Of a stretch of DNA of 64,000 bases, positions 1-11,796 are shown in pieces (position 1 is the stretch's first letter; every line of letters begins with the position of its first letter). Below the pieces are notes generated by a model, which saw only the letters and a list, made by a program, of their open reading frames with translations, had not been told where the DNA came from and made no database searches. The stretch lies in the NCBI RefSeq assembly GCF_009914755.1, contig NC_060936.1. One strand, 5' to 3'. The DNA comes from the human T2T-CHM13v2.0 reference genome, Homo sapiens. Position numbers and translations under genes: made by a program.

Positions 1-75
1 ATGAATAGCAGGAACAGACATGGTCTTGCACTTTGGTCAATGACATAATAAACATAAACAATCAAAGGACCCTGC

Positions 76-232
76 CCAGGTTTAAATTCTTGTCACTGTT
101 ACCCTCGGCACAAAACATAATCTTGTGAGGTCCCACCTCCTCACTTGTAAAACTGGGATAATAATAGCCCCTACATTATGAAGTTGTTATGAGAATTAAA
201 TCAGTTAATGTAGGCAAAGTGCTTACGTAACA
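76..232 (+). mobile_element. MIR SINE fragment
   Basis: MIR core-like 'cctcacttgtaaaactgggataataatag...ttgttatgagaattaaatcagttaat...aaagtgctta'. Confidence 0.7.
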
Positions 233-772
233 TGGTGGTGATGATGATGGCAATGGTGATGATGGTGGTGGTGATGAAAATGGTGATGGTATGATGATGG
301 TGGTGGTGGTGAAGATGGTGGTGATGGTGATGGGTGAAGGTGATGGTGCTGATTATTATGGTGATGGTGATGATGGTGATGGTATGATGATGTGACAGTG
401 ATGGTGATGATGGTGATGATGATGATGGTGCTGATGGTGATGGTGGTATGATGGTGATAGTGAGGGTAATGATGGTGATGATAATAATGGTAGTGATAGT
501 GATGGTGATGGTGGTGATGGTCATGATGATGGTAATGGTGATGATGGTGGTGATAGTGATGGTAATGATCGTGATGGTGATGATGGTGGTGGTGATGGTG
601 ATGATGATGTTGATGATAGCAATGGTGATGATGGTGATGGTGATAATGGTAGTGATAGCGATGGCGGTGGTGGTGATGGTAATGTGATGATGGTGATGGA
701 GATGACGGTGATGGTGATGATGATGGTGGTGATAGTGGTGGTGATGGATGATGATGATGGTGATGGTGATAG
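232..772. repeat. Imperfect (GAT/GGT)n trinucleotide low-complexity tract
   Basis: ~540 bp of interspersed ATG/GTG triplets; source of the His/Thr/Ile/Met-rich ORFs in the track. Confidence 0.95.
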
Positions 773-1093
773 ATAACACATGGTGCCAATCATAGTGCTT
801 CCCACTAGGCAGTCTGATTCCAGAGCCTATGTTCTTAACCATCTTGCTATACTAATTCTCATAAGTGTTAAGTATAATTATTATAATTATTACTGACTAG
901 GAAGAAATGTGGCTGATTCACAGCCTATGTAAAAATGACTTTATGGGTGATGGCTGACAGCAAGTACAACACGAGTCACATAAAGACTATCTGTAATGAG
1001 GTGGTGACACTCCCATGCTACTTTTTGCAGCATGGGTATCACAAGAGGAGAGGCCTAAAGACACACAGAGCAGGACCAGAAGGAAATGACTAG

Positions 1094-1410
1094 GGCCAGG
1101 TGCAATGGCTCATGCCTGTAATCTCAGCTCTTTGGGTGGCTGAGGCAGGTGGATGGCCTGAACTCAGAAGTTTGAGAGCAGCCTGGTCAACATGGTGAAT
1201 CCCCGTCTCTACCAAAAATACAAAAATTAGACGGGCGTGATGGTGGGCACCTGTAATCCCAGCTACTCGGGAGGCTGAGGCAGGAGAATTGCTTGAACCT
1301 GGGAGGCGGAGGTTTCAGTGAGCCGAGATGACACCATTGCACTCCAGCCTGGGCGACAAGAGTGAAACACCCTCTCAAAAATAAATAAATAAATAAATAA
1401 AAATAAAAAA
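1094..1410 (+). mobile_element. Alu (AluS-like), full length
   Basis: Dimeric Alu with (AAAT)n tail; flanking direct repeat AGGAAATGAC at ~1081 and ~1413. Confidence 0.95.
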
Positions 1411-1459
1411 GAAGGAAATGACCAGAAAGACCAAACCATAGCATAAGAAGAATAGCCAA

Positions 1460-1595
1460 GAGCAGGTATGGTGACTTGTGCTTGTAGTCTCAGCAATTTG
1501 GGAGCCTGAGGCAGGAGGATCTCTTAAGCCCAGGAGTTTGAGAACAGTCTGGCAACGTGGTGAGACCCTGTCTCTAAGAAAAATTTAAAAATAAT
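1460..1595 (+). mobile_element. Alu left monomer/FLAM
   Basis: 'gcctgaggcaggaggatctcttaagcccaggagtttgag...gagaccctgtctct' followed by an A-rich tail. Confidence 0.8.
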
Positions 1596-1850
1596 AGCCA
1601 GAGGACCTGGCATGTTTTGCCTGAAGAAAATACTTGGGGGACATGCCAGCCACTTTCTAAGGCCTTAAGCCTGCTACATAGAATCCAAGGCCCAGAAGTA
1701 GGCCAGGTGAAGGTGGGTCCTAGGTAGACAGATCTCAGCTCAATACAGGAAGGACTTTCTGATGTGTTGACCCAAGTTGAAAAGGAAGCATCCTGTCCCA
1801 GAAGCATCTGAGTGCTGGCAGAATCCAGAAGTCTGGGACTCAAACACTGG
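1596..1850 (+). mobile_element. Old L3/CR1-like LINE 3' fragment
   Basis: Motifs 'ctggcatgttttgcctgaagaa' and 'cagatctcagctcaatacaggaaggactttct' resemble CR1/L3 3' ends; highly decayed. Confidence 0.4.
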
Positions 1851-1884
1851 ATAGAGGAGTAGCTATTTTACAGGCTCTAAATAG

Positions 1885-2048
1885 CTCCTCCAAGTGTGGA
1901 ACCAGGACCATCTGATGACCACATGCATCACCCAGGGGCTTGTTAGACACATAGATCCAGAGTCTCCACCCCAGCCACTGACTCTGAATCTGCATTTTCA
2001 CAAGTTTCACAGGTGACCTGTGTGCACATGAATGCTGACAAGCACTGA
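1885..2048. mobile_element. MER5-like hAT DNA transposon remnant
   Basis: 'ctccaagtgtggaaccaggacc...gaatctgcattttcacaagtttcacaggtga...gcacatgaatgctgacaagcactg' is typical of MER5. Confidence 0.65.
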
Positions 2049-3521
2049 TGTGGAGAGCATCTGAGGAATACCCAGGTTCAGGTGGGCTGCTGCTCTGAAA
2101 AGCAAGAGTGGGGAGAAACGCTGGGGCAAGGAAGAGCACGTGGTGCTAGAGTCTGGTCTCTAAGGGGACGGCCCAGCTGTGTGTCCAGCCCAGTTGCTCC
2201 AATTATGTCTGTTTTTTTATCTAGTCGGGCTGAAAAGAGTCAGTCAAATTTGCATAAGGAGGCCTGAGGTAAAGGGGCTTGCGGGCATGGGTACTCATCT
2301 GACACCTCACTAAGCCATCTTGGTAAATCATCTCTAGAATGCCTGTTGTTATTTTGGGAAACACCACAAAGAGGATGATAATTAAAAGTAACACCCTGAG
2401 TGGGAATTTCTACTTCCCTCCAGTGGTTGGCAAGTAAAGCATAGGGAATTTTTTGGTCAGGGAATTTTTTGGTCAGGTAATATTTCTATATATTTTCACA
2501 GGTCACACAACATCAAAGCTTGAGTGTGTTGCAGTTTTTTTCCCTTTCCTCTCCTGGTGCTTTGGGTTTGCAGCTTTATGCTATTGCCATTTTCTTGTCT
2601 TCTTCTTTTTTTTTTTTCTTTCCACTGAGCATTTTCTGATTTTAATTTGACTTGCAATGGGGGAGGGTATTTCTTCTGGATGTTACATTACATCCGAAGC
2701 GTAAAATGGTAAATGAAGCTGCAGGTCATTTTCAGGTGAAAAGACAATTTTATGCTTCATGGTTACGACCATGTAAAGCATTTTCATGGCAGGGTATTTT
2801 TCATCTTAGATCTCCATCGGGATGGCATGCAGGGATTTGCTGTTCAGTAGAAAGTTCACCTTTCAGTTACCCACTGTCTGTCTGCAGCCTCCTAGCCTTG
2901 CTGCTCTCCTGCACAGGTGCAGGGGCATTCCTGTTAGACCCGTTTCCCTCCTGGGACTGCCAGGGCCCTGGTGTTGCCATATTCCCCTGGTTTTCAGGGC
3001 CCCTTGCCATGCATCTTATCCATCCCTCACGACCCTCATTGCCTACCTGCTAGGCCCATTGTCTAGGACCTGAGCCCCTTAGTAACACTCATTGATCTGC
3101 CTTACACACTGTCCTCCTACTCCTCCTCTCTGATAAAACCCCAACTTCGGTTCATCCCACCATCTGCCTTCTCTGCTTCTGACTCCACCCTGCCAAGAGA
3201 GGAGAAAGCCCACGGAAGCACCACCTGAGGCCACCACAGTTTCACGGTCTCAAGCCTTCCCTAGATTCTTGCACTCTCTGACAATTTTAGTTGTCCTAAA
3301 TCAGCTCCTCTCCCCACTCCCCCTGCAAAAAAAAACCTATTACTTGGCCCCACTTCCCTGCATCACAGAGGAGCCTTATCTTTTTCACAGCTTGTTGACA
3401 GCTCTTTCAATATCAGTCCTTTTGTTATCTCCCTGAGGCAGCTTTTAGGATGCTGGGACAGATTCCATGGCCCTGTGCTAAAGCAAATGAACTTGAATCT
3501 CTCAGGTGGGGCCCAGGGTTC

Positions 3522-4360
3522 TTTTTATTTAATTTTATTATTATTTTTTTAGAGACAGGATCTTGCTGTATCAACCAGGCTGGAGTGCAGTGGTGTGATC
3601 ATAGCTCACTGTAGCCCCTAACTCTCTGGGCTCAAGAGATCCTCCTGCCTCAGCCTCCTGAGCAGCTGGTACTACAGGTGCAAGCCGCCATGCCTGGCTA
3701 TTTTATTTTATTTTAGAAACGGAGTCTCGCTCTATTTCTGCATTAAAACTTGAATACTATCTAGGAGGGACCTATCATACAATAAACAGCTCTGGGGTAA
3801 ACACATTTCATAAGGTCCAATGTCATTCATGAGTTTAACTTTTTTACTGTTTTCCAAGTACTTTCTTACCTGTAGACTTACATTTTTTTAATAGGTCTTG
3901 CCATGTCACCCAGGCTGAGTGCAGTGGCACAATCAGAGCTCAAAGTAGCCTTGAACTCCTGGGTTCAAGAAATCCTCAGCCTCAGCCTCATAATTGGCTG
4001 GCACTACAGGTGAATGCCACTGTTTTTATTTTTTATTTTTTTAGTAGTAGAAATGGGGTCTCTCTATATTTCTCAGGTTCTTGAACTCCTGGACTCAATC
4101 AATCCTCCTGCCTTGGCCTCTCAAAGTTCTGGGATTCAAGGCATGAACCACTGTGCTCCGCCACATAAATTTTTTTTTAATTAGCTGGGCATGGTGGGGC
4201 ATGCCTGTGATCCTAGCTACTCAGGAGGCTGTGGTGGGATGACCACTTCAGCACAGGGGGCCAAGACTGCAGTGAACTATAATCATGCCACTGCACTCCA
4301 GCCTGGATAACAGAGTGAGACCCTGTCTCTAAAATATAAAATAATAAATAAAATAATAAA
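3522..4360. mobile_element. Cluster of old Alu (AluJ-like) pieces in both orientations
   Basis: Antisense Alus at ~3522-3735 and ~3885-4162; sense right arm at ~4170-4360. Confidence 0.85.
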
Positions 4361-4512
4361 AAGAGAGTACCTGGTAGGGCAACCATAGACTATCTTATCA
4401 AGATAAGAAAACACCCTCTGTGGGCCAAGGTGATGCAGCCAGCTCACACAGGATTTTACATAGAATTAATTTTATTTATTTTTTATTTATTTATTTATTT
4501 TTTGGGACAGAA

Positions 4513-5380
4513 TGTAGGGAGACCCCATGAAACTATTGCTATGGAATAAAAGATGAAATGTTCCTGATTATTGTAAATACAAAGCTGCATGCTGGATTGT
4601 GTAAAGACAATGCCAGGTTGGACTGCCAGAATGAGCCAACAGCACATGATGTGCTTCGCCCTGCAGAGAGCCTATGAACGAACGTGCAGTCATGGAGGTT
4701 TCATATCACCAAGATTCCTATCCCAGAAAAGCAGATGTTCATAGCTCTGGGAATGGAATGCGACCCTTATGGAGAGCCTATAAACAGATGCATGAGGGGT
4801 GCCTGTTCATATGGATAAGACAGGGATATAAATGCCCTCATTTTGCCATGTCTCTTCTAGACCTCTTTAGGGTTAAGGCATACTCCCTTCTGAGACTTTC
4901 TGGTCTAACCCGTTGTGTAGCTTCACATCCTGTTTCTATGGATTGTTTGTAACCAGCTTTTGCTGCAACTGTTACTGCTGATTAATATCTTGCTAATTAT
5001 AGGTTATGGAAAGACTGTGTTTCTGTTTTAAGGCTCTGTTAGAAATTACTGATGCACACACTATATTGTAAATTCTTACCTCTGTATACTGTACTTCTTC
5101 ATACAGATGTTATGCTGAAGAATTACTTCATCCCTATATGACCATCTCACCTAATAATCAAATGACCCTAAATGCCTTACTAACCTACCCCCACCCTCAC
5201 TAAACTTTATAATAAATGCTGGTATATCCAGTTCATTGGTGGCATCGCAGGACCAGAAGGCGGTGACTGCCCTGGACCCAGCTTTCACTATCTTGTGTGT
5301 GTCTATTATTTCTCGAGCTGCTGATCCTCCTGGGAACAAAGAGAGAGCCCGTTGCAGGCTGCTGGCCAGATCCCACAATA
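4513..5380 (+). mobile_element. 5' LTR (MER11D-like)
   Basis: Starts TGTAGGGAGACCCC, ends CCCACAATA; contains a TATAAA-like motif (~4827) and AATAAA (5211); matches 10909-11796. Confidence 0.9.
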
Positions 5381-5382
5381 TC

Positions 5383-5400
5383 TGGCCTGCAGTGTGGCCT
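5383..5400 (+). promoter_or_regulatory. Degenerate primer-binding site (tRNA-Lys1,2-like)
   Basis: TGGCCTGCAGTGTGGCCT lies 2 nt after the LTR; partial match to Lys1,2 PBS TGGCGCCCAACGTGGGGC. Confidence 0.55.
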
Positions 5401-5541
5401 CTTTTGTTCCGTGGCTCAGTGCACTCTGAGTGCATGTTCATGATGACTAGTCTTCAGTCTCCATGGTAAGGTCTCCGGGTACAAGTTTTCTGACTCTCCC
5501 CTCTTTTTGGGTTTGTTGACCAGTACTGTTCCAGGGTTATT

Positions 5542-6195
5542 ATGGGACAATCACAGTCTAAACACCAGGCTTATCTGTCTTTTATTAAACTTCTTCTTAT
5601 ACTGGGTGGAATCAAGGCAGATTCCAATAACATTATTCTCTTATTTCAAACTATTGAAAAAAAATATTGTCCTTGGTTCCCTGACAAAGGTTCTATGGAC
5701 CTGTTAGACTGGGATAGAGTTGGTGTCACAGTCCACCAACTCACGAGAGATGGTGTTTTACTTCCTATTTCTGTTTGGGCTGACTGTGCTGTTATTCATG
5801 TTGCTTTACTTCCTTTTCGGTCTGGTGATCCCCTTCAACTGCCACAAGTTAATGTGGATGGTGAGCTGCTCCCTTTACCTTGGGTACCTGACCCCCCTAC
5901 TAGTCCTCCTTCTGATGATGAGGAGGAATTCGATCTCTCCATGTTTTCTCCCCAAGAGGAGGAACATGGTGATGATCCCCTCCCTCTGCCTCCTATCTTG
6001 GAACCTGTAAGTGTTAAATCTTCTTCTACTAAGCCATTGCCCCCTCTGCCAGAGGAGGATGTGTGGTATTCATCTGAATGGCCTGATTCTCATTCCTCTC
6101 ATCCCTTTGGACCTCTCCCCTCTTCTAAGCCTACTGTTTCTTTCAATGCTGTGGGACCCCTTCTTTCAGAGGTTTGGATTCCTGCTTCACCCTAG
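5542..6195 (+). pseudogene. gag: ERV gag remnant (matrix plus Pro/acidic region; CA and NC absent)
   Basis: ORF MGQSQSKHQAYLSFIKLLL...CPWFPDKGSMDLLDW, a myristoylated betaretroviral matrix signature. Confidence 0.88.
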
Positions 6196-6252
6196 TCCAC
6201 CTCCCAGTGCCCTCACTCTCCTTCTCTCTTTTCCTCTGCCCCTGCACAATAG

Positions 6253-8760
6253 ATGTATGAGTCACCTGTTTGTGTAGAGCAGTGGCCACTTTCCAAACAC
6301 AAGTTGGAGGCTTTAATTGAAATTGTTAATGATTTACTACAAGCAAACACTATTCAGCCCTCTTTGTCTCCATGGAACTCTCCTGTGTTTGTTGTACAAA
6401 AAAAGTCAGGAAAATGGAGGATGGTAACACACTTAAAAGCTGTTGATGCAGTTATTAAACCTATGGGGGTGTTACAACCCAGTATGCCCTCCCCCTCCGT
6501 GATTCCTAAGGAATGGCCTTTAAGTATCATGACCTTAAGGACTGCTTTTTTCATATTCCTTTAGACAAGTCAGACTGTGAAAAATTTGCTTTCACTATAC
6601 CTTCCATTAGCAATTCAGCTCCTGCAACTAGATATCAATGGAAAGTTTTACCTCAAGGAATGATTAACAGTCCTACTATTTGTCAGTGGTTTGTCAGTAC
6701 TGTGTTACAACCTATCTGACAGACTTTTACAAATAATTACATTCTTCATTATATGGATGATATACTGATTGTTGCTCCCACTAAAGGTGAATTAATTCAA
6801 TGTTTCACCTCTTTAAAATTAGCTTTTGCCAATACAGGATTCCACATTGCTCCTGATAAAATTCAACAAGCCACTCCTTTTCTTTAATTAGGAAAGCAGC
6901 TAGAAGCTCACTCCATTAATCCCCAAAAAGTCCAACTTTGTACTGACAATTTAAACACCTTAAATGATTTTCAAAAATTACTAGGTGACATCAATTATCT
7001 CAGACCAGCCCTAGGCATCTCTACTTATGCATTATCTCATCTATTTGGCACTTTATCAGGAGATACAGATTTAAGCAGTTCTCACTGTCTATCAGAACCA
7101 GCAAAACAAGAGTTGTCTTTTGTAGAATAAAGAGTGAGAGAGGCAAAAGTCTCTTGTATTGACCCAAATTTGCCTTTACAATTTTTAGTTTTTCCTTCCA
7201 TCCACTCTCCCATGGGACTTATAGTACAAAATGATGCTCTAGTTGAATGGGTATTTCTTCCTAATTCATCATCTAAAACTTTTTCAACATATCTTGATCA
7301 AATGGCCACTTTAATTGGGTTAGGATGTCAACGTATCACTAAAATTTCTGGCTTTCATCCAAACATTATTGTGGTCCCTTTGTCAAAAAATGAAGTTAAA
7401 AATACCTTTTCTACATCCTTGTGCTGGCAGACTAATCTGGCTGACTTCATTGGCACTATAGATAATCATTTGCCTAAGTCAAAATTCTTTCAATTTCTAT
7501 GAAATACTTCCTGGATTCTACCAAAACTTACTCGTTCATCACCACTAGAGGCAGCCATTACCATTTTTACTAATGGGTCCAATAATGGAAAGGCAGGGTA
7601 TGTAGGACCAAAAGATAAAGTCATTTCTACTCCATACACTTCTGCTCAAAAAGCCAAGTTGTTTGCTGTTATCTCTGCATTACAGGATTTTGATCAGCCT
7701 CTTAATATTGTCTCGACTCAGCTCAAGTAGTCCATGCCACTAAGGCAATAGAAACAGCTACCATCAAAAACATTGCTGACACTAATCTGTTTTCCTTGTT
7801 CTCTTTGTTACAAAAAAACTGTCAGAAACCGAAACCACACTTTTTTTCATCACTCACATTCGATCTCATACTAATTTGCCTGGACCTTTATCCAGTGATA
7901 ATCACAAAGTTGATACTCTAGTTTCTCTAGCCATTATGGATGCAGAACAATTTCAACAACTCAGTCATACTAATGCCTCAGGTCTTAAACATAAATATTC
8001 TCACAGTTGGAAACAAGCTAAACAAATTGTAAAACACTATTCTCAGTGTCAGGTTCTTGTCTTACCCACACAATCTCCCGGAGTTAATCACTGAGACCTT
8101 TCTCCTAATGCTATTTAGCAAATGGATGTTACTCATGTTCCTTCTTTTGTAAAATTAGCTTATGTGCATGTCACATTTGACACCTTTTCCAATTTCATCT
8201 GGGCTACCTGTCAAACCGGAGAAGCCTCTTCTCATGTTAAAAAACTTATGTTTTCAGGTTTTGCGGTTATGGGAATTCCTAGTGGGCTCAAAACAGACAA
8301 TGGTCCAGCCTATTGCAGTAAAGCTTTTAAAAATTTTCTTGATCAGTGGTATATTAAACATATTACTGGTATTCCTTATAACCCACAAGGACAAGCTATT
8401 ATAGAAAGAAGTAACAGAACTTTAAAATTACAATTACTTAAACAAAAAGAGGGGGATAAGGAGTTGTCTACCCCTCACATACAACTAAACTTGGCATTGC
8501 TCACATTAAATTTTCTTAATATTCCTAAATCTAGTTTTGTTACTGCTGCCAAAAAAAACATTTCTCTGGTAAGCGTCCCACAGTAAACCAAGGAAGGGAA
8601 GTATAGTGGAAAGATGTTCAATCTAATATATGGTCAAAAGTTTCTATTTTAACCTGGGAAAGAGGCTATGCTTGTGTTTCCCCAGGTGCACATCAATCTC
8701 CGTTTGGATTCCTGCTAGACACCTGAAATTGTGTCCTGGAGATGCATGCGACAACGAGAC
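6253..8760 (+). pseudogene. pol: ERV pol (RT-RNaseH-integrase), broken by stops and frameshifts
   Basis: [42 protein letters not shown] (6750-6761); integrase MDVTH...KTDNGPAY...[10 protein letters not shown]. Confidence 0.93.
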
Positions 8761-10922
8761 AGAGAAATTTGCTGAAAAAACACCACAGAAAAAAACAACT
8801 AACACATCCAACTGTCAAAAAAAAAAATAATAACCACGCTAACTCCTTTACAACAGACAATCCAGTCAGCCATCCTGAACAACTCGTCTCCAGAGATCCA
8901 GGTCTGGCTCGACCTCTGCCTCCTCCTGATGACACTGATCCTTCTACCCTCTGTCACTCCACAGACTATTAAAAACTGTACAAATTGGGCCTATATTCCA
9001 TTTCATCCTCTTATTTGAGCCATGACATGGATGGACGCTCCTATCGAAGTTTCTGTTAATGATAGTATTTGGATGCCTGGTTCTGTAGATGATCATTGTC
9101 CTGCCCAACTTTCAGAAGAAGGAACCCCTTTCAATATCATTTTAGGTTTTAGGTATCTACTTTTGTGCCTGGGACCCACTAATGGATGTCTCTCATTAGA
9201 GATTCAAACATGGGTGGTCACACTAGCGTCTGGTCACTCCATCCCTCCTTTGGAACACTTGGTATCAGGGCTCTCATTAAAACCTCTAAGGCAGATCAAA
9301 ATAGGAATTGCTGATTATATTCACACATCCCAATATAAGCTTTTAGGACCTGTGGGTCCCCTCAACTTGTCTTCAAATGCTGACAAATTAATATGGAAGG
9401 ATTGTGTTAGTTCAGAAGGAACTGTGTTATTTAATTGTTCTCACTACACCATTGTTGATTAGGCTCCTAAAAGTCATATTATTAATGATTGCTCTCAAGG
9501 TCACAGAGATTGTCAACATTTTCTCTATGATATTACTTATCAAGAAAGTAGTGGCAACCCTCACCTATTATATCATAGATTTAACTCCTTTTTTCCTCTT
9601 ACGTGGAAAGGGGCAGGGATTGCCCCTCCAAAGCCAAGGCTCTTTGTTCCCCACTTAGGACCTCAACATTCAGAATTATGGAGTTTAACCATAGCTATGA
9701 CTGGTATGAGAGTTTGGGCTGGAGAAAGTGTTATAAGTAAATCCACCTTGTCACCTCAAAAACCAAGACAACAGATTGATTCACACTACTATTTCCACAC
9801 AGCCAAAAATATCACTATGGCAATCATCAAAAGGTCAATTCAAAGATGGGACAGTAAAGATTATGAGGACTTATATCCCCCGGTTGCTAATGTCCCCCCA
9901 CCACCTCTCATACAACCTATTCCCCCCACCCCACATTCACAAAAAAGAGTACCATCCCAAAATATATATACTATCTATATGGAGTCCAACAAAACTATAC
10001 CACTTAAAAGTTGTGTTAAACCACCATATATGTTATTAGTAGGAAAGATGCATATTAGTTCAAAAACCAACATAATTACATGTGTTAATTGTTACTTGTA
10101 TACTTGTATTGACTCATCCTTTAATCAACATCATAGTATTTTAATATTGAGAGCCAGAGAAGGTATTTGGATACCCATAGCCTTACATAGGCCTTGGGAA
10201 TCTTCCCCTTCTACAGATGTTATTAATAATATTCTACAGAAAATTCTTAAAAGGAGTAAACAATTTATTTTTACATTAATTGCAGTAATAATGGGCTTGA
10301 TTGCTGTTACTGTGACTGCTGCTACTGCTGGAGTTGCATTACATCAGTCTATTCAAACTGTTCATTTTGTGGATGAATGGCAAAAAAAAAATCTACTCAG
10401 ATGTGGAATTCTCAGTCAGGTATTGATCAAAAATTGGCCAATCAAATTAATGATCTAAGACAAACTGTTATATGGATGGGAGATAGAATTATGAGTTTAG
10501 AACATAGATCACCAATGCAATGTGATTGGAATACTTCTGATTTTTGTATAACTCTGTTTCAATATAATGAGTCTGTTCACAATTGGGAATCAATAAAACG
10601 TCATTTGCAAGAAAGTGAAGATAACTTAAGTTTAGACATAAGCAAGCTGAAAGAACAGATTTTTGAGGCCTCTCAAGCACACTTAACTGCTTTACCAAGT
10701 GCTGAAGCTTTAGACAGTATCTCTGAGGGGTTATCTAATCTCAACCCCATTCAATGGGTAAAATCATTGGGAGGATCCACTATTGTTAATTTTGTTCTCT
10801 GTATAATTTGTGCTATTGGTTTATTGTTCATGAGTAAAATTGAAAAAAATATTCTTCAATCCAGTCATGATCAGCACCAAGTTATGATTGCTATGGTTCA
10901 TTTAAATCAGAATAAAAGATGA
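8742..10922 (+). pseudogene. env: ERV env (SU-TM), frameshifted
   Basis: HERV-K env motifs TWMDAPIEV, CVKPPYMLLVG, RAREGIWIP, RPWESSPS; furin site decayed to RSKQ (10252-10263); fusion peptide FIFTLIAVIMGLIAV; [18 protein letters not shown]...[11 protein letters not shown]. Confidence 0.92.
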
Positions 10923-11796
10923 AATGCTATAGAATAAAAGATGAAATGTTACAGAATAAATGACGAAATGCTCCTGATTATTGTAAATACAAAGTTGCAT
11001 GCTGGATTGTGTAAAGACAATGCCAGGTTGGACTTCCAGAGTGAGCCAACAGTGCATGATGTGCTTCCTTCTGCAGAGAGCCTATGAACGAACGTGCAGT
11101 CATGGAGGTTTCATATCACCAAGATTCCTATCCCAGAAAAGCAGATGTCCATAACTCTGGGAATGGAATGCGACTCTTGTGGAGAGCCTACAAATGGATG
11201 CATGAGGGGCACCTGTTCATATGGATAAGATAGAGCTATAAATGCCCTCATCTTGCCATGTCTCTTCTAGGCCTCTTTAGGGTTAAGGCATACTCCCTTC
11301 TGATAATTTCTGGTCTAACCAGTTGTCTAGCTTCACGTCCTGTTTCTATGGATTGTTTGTAACCAGCTTTTGCTGCAACTGTTACTGCTGATTAATATCT
11401 TGCTAATGATAGATTACGGAAAGACTGTGTTTCTGTTTTAAGGTTCTGTCAGAAATTACTGATGCACACACTATATTGTAAATTCTTATCTCTGTATATT
11501 GTACTTCTGCATACAGATGTTGTGTTAAAGAATTACTTCATCCACATGTGACCATTTCACCTCATAATCAAACGACCCTAAACCCCTCACTAACCTACCT
11601 CTGCCCTCACTAAACTTCATAATAAATGCTGGTATATCCAGTGCATTGACAGCACCACTGGACAAGAAGGCGGTGACCATCCTGGACCCAGCTTTCACTA
11701 TCTTGTGTTTGTCTACTATTTCTTGACCTGCTGATCCTCCTGGGAACAAAGACAGAGCCCTGTTGCATTGTGGGCTGCTGGCCACATCCCACAATA
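10909..11796 (+). mobile_element. 3' LTR (MER11D-like), 5' end deleted
   Basis: Homologous to the 5' LTR from 'gaataaaagatgaaatg' onward; lacks the TGTAGGGAGACCCC start. Confidence 0.9.

Larger units (their letters stand above)
4513..11796 (+). mobile_element. Defective HERV-K (betaretrovirus-like) provirus, probably HERVK11D/HML-7
   Basis: Two homologous ~870-bp LTRs, a PBS, gag-pol-env remnants of class II ERV type, and TSD ACAGAA (4507-4512)/ACAGAG (11797-11802). Subgroup assigned from recalled MER11D LTR sequence. Confidence 0.9.

Noticed and set aside
201-842. Long His/Thr/Ile-rich ORFs
   Set aside because: By-products of the (GAT/GGT)n repeat; no gene context.
8742-10922. Intact or domesticated Env
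   Set aside because: Split over several frames by stops and A-run frameshifts; furin site is RSKQ.
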